Source: Thainema sp. (GTDB taxonomy: Bacteria > Cyanobacteriota > Cyanobacteriia > Phormidesmidales > Phormidesmidaceae). From it: 64,000 nucleotides of DNA. Position 1 is the first letter of the stretch. The number at the start of each line of letters is the position of its first letter. The position numbers and the translations under genes were made by a program. Location of the stretch: the NCBI GenBank assembly GCA_052168235.1, contig JBQLZK010000016.1, positions 1 to 64,000 on the forward strand. The letters run 5' to 3'. The notes beneath the pieces were generated by a model that was not told where the DNA came from, ran no database searches, and saw only the letters and a program-made list of their open reading frames with translations. Below, one piece after another: positions 37,671 to 47,543 of this stretch.

Positions 37671-38960
37671 CTATGCGATCGCAGTTGCTTTAGACGAATA
37701 AACCTGTTGAACCAGTTGGCTTAAACGCTGCATCGCGTCAGCAATCTCCTCAGTGGTGGCCGTTAGGCTGATGCGGAAACACTGCTGCTTGTGCGGCCAG
37801 TTGTCGTCCTGCAGGCCGGGGAAGAAAGCGCTGCCGGGAACGACGATGACGCCGTACTCTTTGAGTTGTTGGTAAAACTCCCAGTCGGTCATCGGTAAGT
37901 CCTGGAGCCAGAGCCAAGCAAAAATTGCGCCTTCGCCACGGTGGAGATACCAGGGAATATCGTTGGGCATGGCTTCATCCAGCGTGGATTCGAGGACGGC
38001 GAGTTTGGCTTGATAGTGGGGCCGAATCACCGTATGCGAGAGTTCCGCTAACGCACCGGATGCGATCGCACGGGCTGCAATTGCCTGACCGTAGCGGGAG
38101 GAGTGTAAACACTGGTTGGTGAGGAATGATTCCAAGACGCTGATTACGCGCTCATCACCGATGGCGATGCCGATTCGTTCACCGGGTAGTCCGGCTTTGG
38201 ACAGGCTGGTGCAGTGAATAATATTGGATGCAAAAACGGGAGTCATGGGGGTGAAATTTAGCGCCGGAAAGGGTTCGGCATAGGCCGAATCCACCATGAC
38301 GGGCACCTGATGCTGCGCCGCCAGCTCGGCAATCCGCTGCACATCGGCTTCGCTAATCACGTTTCCGGTGGGATTACAGGGACGGGAAAGCAGGACGCAG
38401 CCCGTTTGCTCGGTGATTTGAAGCTGGCTGAAATCGGGGCGGTACTTGAAACGATGCGCAGTGGTATCAATTTCAAGCGCAGGTCGATAGGCTTTCAGCG
38501 CTTCGGGATAGAGCGCCACGCCACCGTAGCCGGTATAGTCCGGCACAGAGGGCAAGACAACCTGTTTAAGAGTGCCATCCGTAGTATAGCCACCGAAGGC
38601 ATTGGAAGCATAAAAGTAGAGGGATTGACTGCCAGCGGTGATCAGAATGTTGCGATCGCACAACTTCAGTCCGTACCGCTGGTTAAAATCGTTGGCTACA
38701 GCTTCAATCAGCGGTTCGTAGCCTCGGCTGGCTCCGTAGCGGCAAACCACTTCACCGTATTCTGAGCTAGCGAGAAGGTCGGCGGTGCAGTCGCGCCAGA
38801 GCCGCTCAATTTCCGGCAGGATAATAGGATTTCCGGCACTGAGGTTAATGAAACTCCGGCCAGAACCTGATTTCAGCGTTTCCATGATGTCTTTCATGAT
38901 CGCCCGTACCCCCGTGAGGTGAGACATGCGATCGCCAAATTGGGTGAGGGCAGGTTCCAT
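37671..38960 (-). CDS. avtA: Valine-pyruvate aminotransferase
   Basis: LTGVRAIMKDI, NLSAGNP, SRPCNPTGN, DSAY, SLSKAGLPGERIG, GAIFAWLW. Confidence 0.92.
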   Translation of the reverse strand: MEPALTQFGDRMSHLTGVRAIMKDIMETLKSGSGRSFINLSAGNPIILPEIERLWRDCTADLLASSEYGEVVCRYGASRGYEPLIEAVANDFNQRYGLKLCDRNILITAGSQSLYFYASNAFGGYTTDGTLKQVVLPSVPDYTGYGGVALYPEALKAYRPALEIDTTAHRFKYRPDFSQLQITEQTGCVLLSRPCNPTGNVISEADVQRIAELAAQHQVPVMVDSAYAEPFPALNFTPMTPVFASNIIHCTSLSKAGLPGERIGIAIGDERVISVLESFLTNQCLHSSRYGQAIAARAIASGALAELSHTVIRPHYQAKLAVLESTLDEAMPNDIPWYLHRGEGAIFAWLWLQDLPMTDWEFYQQLKEYGVIVVPGSAFFPGLQDDNWPHKQQCFRISLTATTEEIADAMQRLSQLVQQVYSSKATAIA

Positions 38961-39120
38961 GATGTGCTGATTGTGTGACAGATAAATCCGAGGTTAATCA
39001 TTTCAACGGTATTGATCAAGTCACAGTGTTTATGAATTGTGATTAAATTTTGTCATTAAAATTCGACGTGATTAGCCCGTTGTGATGTAGCGATACTTGT
39101 TCAGCTTGACACTTTGCATA

Positions 39121-39210
39121 ATCCCCCTAAATCCCCCTTAAAAAAAGGAGAACTTTAAATCAATATTGAAATAGCCCCCTTGTTAAGGGGGCGGCGACAG
39201 CGGGGGATCT
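39121..39210. repeat. C/G-tract palindromic repeat
   Basis: ATCCCCCTAAATCCCCCTTAAAAAAAAGGAGAACTT...CCCCCTTGTTAAGGGGG...GGGGGATC. Confidence 0.65.
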
Positions 39211-39810
39211 CACAGCTACGCTAAACACATATACTCACAGTGATACAGCCACCTTTGATAAAAGTATAGACAGAGGTGAAATATCAAAGATAGGATGTAC
39301 CTTGCGCCTTCTGTGTAAAGTCTTTGTAGATTGATTCAAATACACTCGACATTAAATTTGATTTGCATTGCTATTTAAGCAGAATTGCCCATTATTTCTG
39401 ATATCAGCTTCCAACAATCAAGCCTTTCTTTGATTGTCTGCTCGAATCCAGATCAGGGCACTGGTGATAAAAATCCGGCTATCAAATCCCAGAATCTTTT
39501 GGGGCAACAATGTAGATCTTGTACCTATATTTTTTCTCCAAATTTAATCGGATTTCATCGGCGGATTGGGTCTGAGCATCGCATTCGGAGTCACTCTATT
39601 CTCAGCAAGGGACTCCGGCTGAGTGTTGTCGGCCTTTGCTCTCGCTCTTCCTAAAGACGAGAGTAAGTTTTGTGTCAGCAATGCTTAACCTTTTTGGCAT
39701 CAGACTTAAATGTGCGATCGCAGTCAATCAACCTGCGCTTTTCAGTTGCGTACTCCGATTACATTGCAGTCACTGTTTGTTGAATTTTGTTGAATTATCG
39801 TTGAATTGTT

Positions 39811-42030
39811 ATGGTGAATTCGTCCAGCTCATCCCCCATTATCACGTTAGCCAATCGTTTGCCCAGTCCGCTGAAGCATTTGGCTGAAATTGCCTACAAC
39901 TACTGGTGGAGTTGGACACCGGAACGAGTCGGGTTATTTCAACATATTGATGCCAATTTGTGGCGGGACTGCAACCACAATCCGGTGCAGCTTTTGTGGC
40001 AGGTTCCCTATGAGAGGCTGACCCAAATTGCCGAAGATCCTATTTATCTGAAAGGTTTAAGGAGCCTGATGCGGCAGTTTAACAATTATATGAATGAGCA
40101 GGATACCTGGGCCAATCAGGTGGCTCCGCAGATTTCGTCTCAGCATCCGGTTGCCTATTTCTGTGCCGAGTTTGGCATTCATGAGTCGCTACCCATTTAT
40201 GCGGGCGGTCTGGGCGTACTGGCAGGTGATCACCTCAAGTCGGCCTCTGATATTGGCGTGCCGCTGGTGGGCGTTGGCCTAATGTATCGCCAGGGTTATT
40301 TTCGGCAGCGGCTCAACCGCAGCGGTTGGCAGGAAGACTACTACCTTGATAATGATTTTGAGAACCTGCCGCTAGAGCTGGTGCGATCGCAATCGGGCGA
40401 TGTACTCACAGTTGAACTCAATATTCGACAGCGGGTTGTGAAGGCTCAGATTTGGCAGGTGCGGGTGGGCCGCGTCAATCTTTATCTGCTGGATACGGAT
40501 CGGGAAGACAACGACCCGATTGACCGCTGGCTGACGGGCCATCTCTATGGTGGCAATCAGGACGCTCGGATTGCTCAGGAGATGCTGCTCGGTATCGGCG
40601 GGGTGCGGGCTTTGCAACTGCTGGGGATTGAGCCATCGGTGTATCACCTGAATGAAGGCCATGCGGCGTTTGCCCTGCTGGAAGTAGCGCGGTCGGAAAT
40701 TGAGCGCACAGGCCAGTCGTTCTACGACGTGGAAGAGTCAGTGTGCGATCGCGCTATTTTCACGACTCACACTCCGGTACCAGCGGGACACGATGTCTTT
40801 TCCCCGGACTTGATGGATTCCTACTTTGCTGACTATTGGCCGCAGCTCCAGCTTTCTCGTGAGCAGTTTTTGGCGCTGGGAGCGCGGCGACTGGGCGATC
40901 CCTGGGAGCCGTTTGGCATGACGGTTTTGGCGCTGCGGCTCACCCGTGCTGCCAACGGAGTGAGCAAGCTGCACGGCGAGGTTTCCCGTAATATGTGGCA
41001 AATTCTCTATCCAGAGAAAGCGGAAGCGGATGTGCCCATTGGTCATATCACCAATGGAGTTCATGCTCGCACCTGGACGGCACCGCTGATAGATGACCTG
41101 TATCGGGACTATTTAGGCGAAGACTGGCTAAATCGCGTGGTAAATCCAGAGCTGTGGCGCAAAATTGACGACATTCCCAATGCGGAACTATGGCAGTATC
41201 ACCAAATTCTGAAAGATCGCCTGATCGCCTATACCCGCTTAAAGGTGCGCCAAGCCCGTGAAGCGCGTAAAGAAGATCCAGACACAATCTCGGCTGTAGA
41301 TCGGCTACTGGATCCGAATGTGCTGACCCTGGGCTTTGCCCGTCGATTTAGTCCCTACAAACGGGCCGTCTTGATCATGCGCGACTTCAACCGGATTGTA
41401 AAAATCCTCAGTCAGCGGGGACGCACTGTACAAATCATTTTTGCAGGTAAGGCCCATCCCGCCGATGAGGAAGGCAAGCGGATGATTCAGCGACTGATGG
41501 AATGGTGCCAGCATCCGGCGCTGCGCGATCGCGTTGCATTTATCGAAGATTACGACATGTTCACGGCGCAAAAGCTGGTGCATGGCGTCGATGTGTGGCT
41601 GAATAATCCTCGTCGGCCTCTGGAAGCGTCGGGAACCAGCGGCCAGAAAGTCTGCTTAAATGGCGGGATTAACTGTAGTGTCCTCGATGGCTGGTGGTGC
41701 GAAGGCTACCTGCAAGATGCCAACGGCAAAGGCATCAACGGCTGGGCCATTGGTGAAGATGCTCATACCAGTGACCAGGAGCAGCAAGATCAAATTGACG
41801 CTGATTCGCTCTATCACCTGTTGGAAACCGAGATTGTGCCGCTGTACTACGATCGCGACGAAAACGGCATTCCCAACGGCTGGGTGAACATGATGAAGCA
41901 GTCGATTCGCACCTGTGCACCGATTTTCAACACGGATCGGATGCTGGCTGAATATGTAGCGAAGCTCTATGCACCCCAAGTGAATCTGGCAGATCTGAAT
42001 CCCATTCTGGCCAGCGTCACCTCATCGTAA
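39811..42030 (+). CDS. glgP: Alpha-glucan (glycogen) phosphorylase
   Basis: YFCAEFG, YAGGLGVLAGDHLKSASD, HLNEGH, EASGTSGQK, DGWW. Confidence 0.95.
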   Translation: MVNSSSSSPIITLANRLPSPLKHLAEIAYNYWWSWTPERVGLFQHIDANLWRDCNHNPVQLLWQVPYERLTQIAEDPIYLKGLRSLMRQFNNYMNEQDTWANQVAPQISSQHPVAYFCAEFGIHESLPIYAGGLGVLAGDHLKSASDIGVPLVGVGLMYRQGYFRQRLNRSGWQEDYYLDNDFENLPLELVRSQSGDVLTVELNIRQRVVKAQIWQVRVGRVNLYLLDTDREDNDPIDRWLTGHLYGGNQDARIAQEMLLGIGGVRALQLLGIEPSVYHLNEGHAAFALLEVARSEIERTGQSFYDVEESVCDRAIFTTHTPVPAGHDVFSPDLMDSYFADYWPQLQLSREQFLALGARRLGDPWEPFGMTVLALRLTRAANGVSKLHGEVSRNMWQILYPEKAEADVPIGHITNGVHARTWTAPLIDDLYRDYLGEDWLNRVVNPELWRKIDDIPNAELWQYHQILKDRLIAYTRLKVRQAREARKEDPDTISAVDRLLDPNVLTLGFARRFSPYKRAVLIMRDFNRIVKILSQRGRTVQIIFAGKAHPADEEGKRMIQRLMEWCQHPALRDRVAFIEDYDMFTAQKLVHGVDVWLNNPRRPLEASGTSGQKVCLNGGINCSVLDGWWCEGYLQDANGKGINGWAIGEDAHTSDQEQQDQIDADSLYHLLETEIVPLYYDRDENGIPNGWVNMMKQSIRTCAPIFNTDRMLAEYVAKLYAPQVNLADLNPILASVTSS

Positions 42031-42036
42031 TTTGGC

Positions 42037-42091
42037 AGCAACGCTGATGAGAACAGCTTGGCGACGCCAAGCTGTTCTCATCAGCGTTGCT
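42037..42091. terminator. 26-bp perfect inverted repeat filling the glgP/SUI1 convergent gap
   Basis: AGCAACGCTGATGAGAACAGCTTGGC-GAC-reverse complement. Confidence 0.75.
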
Positions 42092-42093
42092 AA

Positions 42094-42459
42094 TTATTTG
42101 CCACCGCTAACTTTGGCACCGTAGCCTAGGTTAATCAACACTTCCACCAACTTTTGGGCGTGATCGCCTTGGATTTCAATTGTGTCATCCTTAACTGTGC
42201 CGCCTGTACCGCATTGGGCTTTCAGCTTTTTAGCCAGATCTTTCAGGTTATCCGGTGAGTGCTGTAGACCAGTAATCACTGTCACGGTTTTGCCACCGCG
42301 ACCTTTGCGAGAGGCTTGGACGCGCAAATCTTGCTGGTTGGGCGGCAGATCGGGAACAGCGCGCTGCAAAGCCGGATTGTTTTGACTCGATCCGGAACCG
42401 AACTCAGAATAGACAGTGCGATCGCGGTTACTCGATTGTCCCTTCGACTTCTTACCCAT
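42094..42459 (-). CDS. yciH: SUI1/YciH translation initiation factor
   Basis: RKGRGGKTVTVITG, LKAQCGTGGTVKD, IEIQGDH. Confidence 0.92.
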   Translation of the reverse strand: MGKKSKGQSSNRDRTVYSEFGSGSSQNNPALQRAVPDLPPNQQDLRVQASRKGRGGKTVTVITGLQHSPDNLKDLAKKLKAQCGTGGTVKDDTIEIQGDHAQKLVEVLINLGYGAKVSGGK

Positions 42460-42589
42460 GTTTCCTTACCTGTTCATCCGTTCCAAGATTAGTACATGAC
42501 TCGGAGCGTTATAGCTGTTCAAGCATTTGGTTCAAGCATTTAAATGCTTTCAGAGTTTGCTGATGTCCTAACCGATGTCGCAACTCTCC

Positions 42590-43765
42590 CTAGGGCAAAC
42601 CCCGTAATCGCCGCAGAAAATCTGATAGACCGGAAGACGGCGAGTCTGAAACCTGCATCGGTGGAATACCAGCGGGAGGAGCAGCAGCAGGGCGACTGGG
42701 TTGAAAACTGGTTTGCTGCGAGGTTGGCAAATTGAGATCCCGTTCCCAGCTTGGGGCTTGCAGTTCAGCCAGCAACTGCTCGGCATTCTGGCCAAACATT
42801 TGATGAGCGGCAGGATGAGTCAAAGCCGTCTTCAGTACCTGCTTCAACTGACCAAACTGCTGCTGAGTAGCCATATAGCGCTCTTTCCAGTGGCGCAGCC
42901 CCGTCTCATAATCGCTGATCTGCTTCATCTGCTTGAGGATTTGCTCTTGCAGTTCAGCATTTTGTTGCTCAATCGTTGCCATGCGGTTACAGAGCTGATC
43001 CCGTTCAGTCATTATCTCTTGACAGGTGTGCTGGAGTCGCGCCTGAAACGTGGTGCGCTCTTCGATTTCAGTACTCAAAGATTCAATATGAGCTTGAGCC
43101 GCCGCAATCACCTTGGCCAGATCGCCAGCAAACTCCGAAGAGAGGCTGTAGGAATCGAGACGTGCGATGGAGTTTTGCTTGGTAGGGGCAGCAGATGTGA
43201 AGGGTTCGACATCTTTCGGTGGGGACTGAGCTGTAGCTAAGTGCTCTGCCGATTGTTCCGCTAAGCGCTGTTTGAGACGGATAATCGCCTGCTGCTGAAC
43301 GTTGGCATACTCCTCCGTCACCGCGAGCTGTTCTTCGAGCCGCTGCTGATCTTGTACCTGCTGGCGCAAATCTTCCACGTAGCTGAGGGCTTGATCCAGG
43401 GCTTGCTCAAGCTGATGAATTCGCTTGCTCTGCTGTTGGTTTTGAGCATAAGCCTGTCTCAGCTCATCTTGCATTTGCTGTTGGTTACTTTCCAAGGCCA
43501 ATTGTAGTTCTTGCAGTCGCTCAATTTGAGCCTGTGGCGTTAGATCTCCATTGCGCAGCGGAATACCCCAGCGCAATCGCTTCGTCAGATTTGGCTTGTT
43601 ATCCAGATTGGACAAGCTAGCCAGATCCACGGATGCGTTCGCCCCCAGTTTTCCCTTGTTGGGCTGTATGGCATCAGACGTGACATAGCTCTCGATCCCA
43701 AGATTCAAAGAGAGCTGCTGATTACTATCTGCTCCATACTCCGGCATGGGATCAGTTGTGGCCAC
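42590..43765 (-). CDS. Gln-rich coiled-coil protein
   Basis: Long heptad segments, LEEQLAVTEEYANVQQQAI; GTG behind AGGAGG. Confidence 0.75.
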   Translation of the reverse strand: MATTDPMPEYGADSNQQLSLNLGIESYVTSDAIQPNKGKLGANASVDLASLSNLDNKPNLTKRLRWGIPLRNGDLTPQAQIERLQELQLALESNQQQMQDELRQAYAQNQQQSKRIHQLEQALDQALSYVEDLRQQVQDQQRLEEQLAVTEEYANVQQQAIIRLKQRLAEQSAEHLATAQSPPKDVEPFTSAAPTKQNSIARLDSYSLSSEFAGDLAKVIAAAQAHIESLSTEIEERTTFQARLQHTCQEIMTERDQLCNRMATIEQQNAELQEQILKQMKQISDYETGLRHWKERYMATQQQFGQLKQVLKTALTHPAAHQMFGQNAEQLLAELQAPSWERDLNLPTSQQTSFQPSRPAAAPPAGIPPMQVSDSPSSGLSDFLRRLRGLP

Positions 43766-44016
43766 AGGGACCTCCTAACAATACAAAATGAAGCCTCCGC
43801 TGAACCAACTCTAGAGCTGTGTTCAACGCGGCTATCATTATCTTCCAGCCACGTTATCATAACCTCTCCTATTCTGAGCTAAGACTCAGGAAAGAAATAG
43901 CAACTCTGGATCAAATTCACGCTGTGCGACACACCTTAACAAAATTTTCGGGTTTGAATCATCGAAACTTAAAGTTGAAATAATTTGAGAACTTGTACAG
44001 TGGCTATGTTGGATAC

Positions 44017-44072
44017 GGGAGCATTGGGGTGGGGAGCGGGGGAGTAGGGGAGAAAGGGAATAGGGGAGCAGG
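44017..44072. repeat. G-rich short tandem repeats (GGGGAG-type)
   Basis: GGGAGCATTGGGGTGGGGAGCGGGGGAGTAGGGGAGAAAGGGAATAGGGGAGC. Confidence 0.5.
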
Positions 44073-44285
44073 ATGACCGCCACGCTGTCGATACATCATC
44101 GATACATTTGATGGCAAATTGGGCAAGCTGAGCATGGCGTTCGATTGACGTTTGATTGACATTGGTTGACTGAAAGATGGATTGCAGACTTGACACCCAG
44201 TAAGAGCGTGAATGACTGGATTGAGTCGTGCTAACCCTAACCAATAGGTGAATCTGTTGTAATCCTCCACCTGTGCTTAAACTCT

Positions 44286-45245
44286 ATGGCTGACTTATCT
44301 GACGTATTGCAAGATTCTCCAGTGTTGATTTCAGCAATTATCTGTACCCATAATCGGGAAGAGTACTTGGGCGCAGCGATTGATAGCTTGCTGAAGCAGC
44401 AGTTTGCCGGATTTGAAGTAATCGTGGTGGACAATGCCTCCTGCGATCGCACTTCGGACATCGTCAAAGAACGGTTAGCTGATCCCCGATTACATTACGT
44501 CTACGAGCCGAACTTGGGCTTATCGGTGGCGCGAAACACAGGTGCTCAAGCCGCGAAAGGCGAGATTTTAACCTACCTCGACGATGACGCAGAAGCGAGT
44601 CCGACCTGGCTGGAGACAATTTATCAGGCCTATCAGACCAATGAGAAACTTGCGATCGCAGGTGGAAAAGTGACGCTGATTTGGCCGCCGAATCAGGCTG
44701 CACCAGCTTGGCTGTCAGACGGACTGGCGGGCAATTTGGGACTATATGACCTGGGCAATCAGCCCGTTTCGATTACGGAACCAGGACTGACGCCGCGCGG
44801 TTTGAACTATTCGATCCGCCGCTCATTTCTAGAGCAGATTGGCGGCTTTGACCCCAACTTAGGTCGGGTGGGCAAAAACCTGCTATCTAACGAAGAGCTA
44901 CACATGACCGAGCTGGCGCTGAAGCTGGGCTGGCAGGTGTTTTACTTACCGGATGCCATCGTCGCGCACAACGTGGCACCAGAACGTCTACAGCGAGGCT
45001 GGTTCCTGCGGCGAGGCTGGTGGCAGGGCATTAGCGAGTGCTACCGGGAGCAGTTAGCCGGGCGCTCAGGCTGGCTACAAATGCGGCAGGGTAGCGAGTA
45101 CATCCTGCGCGGGCTATATAAATCGGTGAAATATTTCTCTGATCCGGCTGAGCGCTTTGAAAATTTAGTATTTGCCTATGGGCAGGTGGGATATCTGCGA
45201 TCGGCTGTTGCCGGAATGATGTTTGGCAACGAGAAAAAATCCTAG
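44286..45245 (+). CDS. GT2 glycosyltransferase
   Basis: IICTHNR, VVDNAS, GLSVARNTG, YLDDD, GGFDP. Confidence 0.92.
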   Translation: MADLSDVLQDSPVLISAIICTHNREEYLGAAIDSLLKQQFAGFEVIVVDNASCDRTSDIVKERLADPRLHYVYEPNLGLSVARNTGAQAAKGEILTYLDDDAEASPTWLETIYQAYQTNEKLAIAGGKVTLIWPPNQAAPAWLSDGLAGNLGLYDLGNQPVSITEPGLTPRGLNYSIRRSFLEQIGGFDPNLGRVGKNLLSNEELHMTELALKLGWQVFYLPDAIVAHNVAPERLQRGWFLRRGWWQGISECYREQLAGRSGWLQMRQGSEYILRGLYKSVKYFSDPAERFENLVFAYGQVGYLRSAVAGMMFGNEKKS

Positions 45246-45333
45246 GGGCGACGCGCTGGGTTGCAAGGGAAATGTATTGGGGCAAAATGGATGTGTCCGT
45301 ATCGAAATGTACGGCCTAATGCATCGCCCCTAC
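45243..45333. repeat. Long-loop GTAG-type REP element beginning in the GT stop codon
   Basis: TAGGGGCGA...TCGCCCCTAC. Confidence 0.6.
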
Positions 45334-45500
45334 AGATGTCCCGGTATGCAGGTTGTATAAACGTTAGGAAACCATAATCAAATTTCGGAATTTTGTAAAA
45401 GTTGCCACCTTGCGTATAGTTTTGCTGCGATCGCGGGAATCTTGGGTAAAGATAAATAACCCAAAGTCCCGTTTTTCTAGCCAACGTTCTAACTGAGATT

Positions 45501-46481
45501 ATGACTGAATCATTTGCCAAGCTCCCGGTTTCTGTGCTGATTCCTGCCAAAAATGAGGAGGAAAATCTCGTCGCTTGCCTAGAGAGCGTCGCTAGAGCCA
45601 ATGAAGTCTTTGTAGTCGATTCCCAAAGCACCGACGAAACCTGCGCGATCGCAGAACGCTATGGCGCTCAGGTGGTTCAGTTTCATTTCAACGGTCGCTG
45701 GCCAAAAAAGAAAAACTGGGCACTCGATAATCTGCCGTTCAGCAACGAATGGGTGCTGATCGTAGACTGCGACGAGCGGATCACCCCAGAGCTGTGGGAC
45801 GAAATTGCGATCGCAATTCAAAACGAGCAGCATAGTGGCTACTACCTAAATCGCCGCATCTTTTTCCTGGGAACGTGGCTGCGGCACGGTGGACGCTACC
45901 CCGACTGGAATCTGCGCCTGTTCCGTCACGCCAAGGGGCGCTACGAGAATTTAAAGACCGAGGAAATTCGCAACACGGGCGACAACGAAGTGCATGAGCA
46001 CGTTGTTCTGGATGGGCCAGTTGGCTATCTGAAGCACGACATGCTCCACGAAGACTATAGGGACATGTACCAGTGGCTGGCACGCCACAATCGCTATTCC
46101 AACTGGGAAGCACGGGTTTATCTCAACCTGCTGACCGGCATGGGCGAACAGGACACAATTGGCGCAAACCTGCTGGGCGATGCGGTGCAGCGGAAGCGCT
46201 TCCTGAAGAAGATCTGGGTACGGTTGCCGTTCAAGCCATTTCTGCGGTTTATCTTGGTGTATATCCTACAGCGCGGCTTTCTGGATGGCTTTGCGGGCTA
46301 CACTTATGCGCGGTTGATTAGCCAGTACGAATATCAAATCGGCGTCAAGCTGTTTGAATTGCGCCAGTTTAACGGTCGCTTGAATGTAACTCCGACCGGA
46401 ACCGTAGTTCCTCAAAGCACAAGCTCTAGCATTGATTCCGGCGCAGACGTATCATCTAATCCTGCCGAAACAATTTCGTAA
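45501..46481 (+). CDS. GT2 glycosyltransferase
   Basis: LIPAKNEE, VVDSQSTD, VDCDE, LRLFR, VHEH. Confidence 0.92.
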   Translation: MTESFAKLPVSVLIPAKNEEENLVACLESVARANEVFVVDSQSTDETCAIAERYGAQVVQFHFNGRWPKKKNWALDNLPFSNEWVLIVDCDERITPELWDEIAIAIQNEQHSGYYLNRRIFFLGTWLRHGGRYPDWNLRLFRHAKGRYENLKTEEIRNTGDNEVHEHVVLDGPVGYLKHDMLHEDYRDMYQWLARHNRYSNWEARVYLNLLTGMGEQDTIGANLLGDAVQRKRFLKKIWVRLPFKPFLRFILVYILQRGFLDGFAGYTYARLISQYEYQIGVKLFELRQFNGRLNVTPTGTVVPQSTSSSIDSGADVSSNPAETIS

Positions 46482-46485
46482 ATTA

Positions 46486-46513
46486 GTAGGGGCGAATGGC
46501 CATTCGCCCCTAC
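46486..46513. repeat. Perfect 28-bp GTAG REP palindrome
   Basis: GTAGGGGCGAATGGCCATTCGCCCCTAC. Confidence 0.85.
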
Positions 46514-46544
46514 GTAACGCAATCAATCTCACTAACACATTTTG

Positions 46545-47159
46545 ATGACTGCTGATCCGTCGCTTTCTTCATCGCAGCGTCCCAAACTGGATGCGCCGCC
46601 GCTGGTTGATCTGCGCCAGTATGACCAGTCTTGGTTTGATCGGGGTCGCCCCGGCTGGTATATCCTGCTGTGGTGGCTGGTGCAGGCCGTGGTATTTCCG
46701 CTGACTCCGCACTCGGCCCATACGCCGCGCCGCTGGCTGCTGCGCCAGTTTGGAGCCACAATTGGTCAGGGCGTGGCGATTCGGCCTACGGCTCGGTTTA
46801 CCTATCCCTGGAAAGTGACCATCGGCGACTACTCCTGGATTGGCGATGATGTCGTGCTGTACAGCCTAGACGAGATTTGGATTGGCGCTCACTGCGTGAT
46901 TTCGCAAAACACCTATCTCTGCACGGGTAGCCACAACAGCCAAGATCCAACCTTTAATTTGGAGACAAGTGCGATCGCAGTTGGCAATGGAGCCTGGATC
47001 GCCGCAGATTGTTTTATCGGCCCCGGCGTGGTGATTGGAGCAAATGCCCTGATTGGTGCCAGAAGCACGGTATTCAGCGATCAGCCAGAACAGCAAATCT
47101 GCTGGGGCACCCCCTGTCGGCCTCGACAGCTTCGCCAAGTTAACGAAAAGCTGACGTAA
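46545..47159 (+). CDS. WcaF-like hexapeptide-repeat acetyltransferase (HpsU-like)
   Basis: DLRQYDQSWFDRGRP, LRQFGATIG, YPWKVTIGDYSWIG, YLCTGSH. Confidence 0.88.
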   Translation: MTADPSLSSSQRPKLDAPPLVDLRQYDQSWFDRGRPGWYILLWWLVQAVVFPLTPHSAHTPRRWLLRQFGATIGQGVAIRPTARFTYPWKVTIGDYSWIGDDVVLYSLDEIWIGAHCVISQNTYLCTGSHNSQDPTFNLETSAIAVGNGAWIAADCFIGPGVVIGANALIGARSTVFSDQPEQQICWGTPCRPRQLRQVNEKLT

Positions 47160-47182
47160 CGAAATAATTTTCTCTGAAATCT

Positions 47183-47246
47183 AGGAACCGGGTTTCTGTA
47201 GTTGGATGTTTAGTTCTACTGAACACTGAGCACAGAAACCCTTTTT
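47183..47246. repeat. Degenerate AGAAACC(C)GGTTTCT-type palindromic repeat
   Basis: GGAACCGGGTTTCTG...CAGAAACCCTTTTT. Confidence 0.45.
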
Positions 47247-47543
47247 TGATGTCAAGATCACCCCGTACCAAGCAATCGGCACAACTCTTGCGCTTTGAAA
47301 CCTTCATGTTACTTTTTGGCGGCATGATCGACATTGATCCATCAACTGGAACTGCGATCGCACATAGAGGCCGGAGGTAACTGCCGATGGAAGCTAGTCC
47401 TGTACCATGCTAATCACGTGCTGATTGCCATATCGGCAAGGCTTGTGATTAGGGCGAGTCAGATTGCTTACGTCATCAAAAATTAACGATATTCGGTGCA
47501 ATCAGCAAGCTGACTAACGCTACAGATAGCGGAGGAATCACCC

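Noticed and set aside
47250..47380. Possible pseudogene fragment after the acetyltransferase
   Set aside because: A short open frame exists but I cannot assign it to any family without a search
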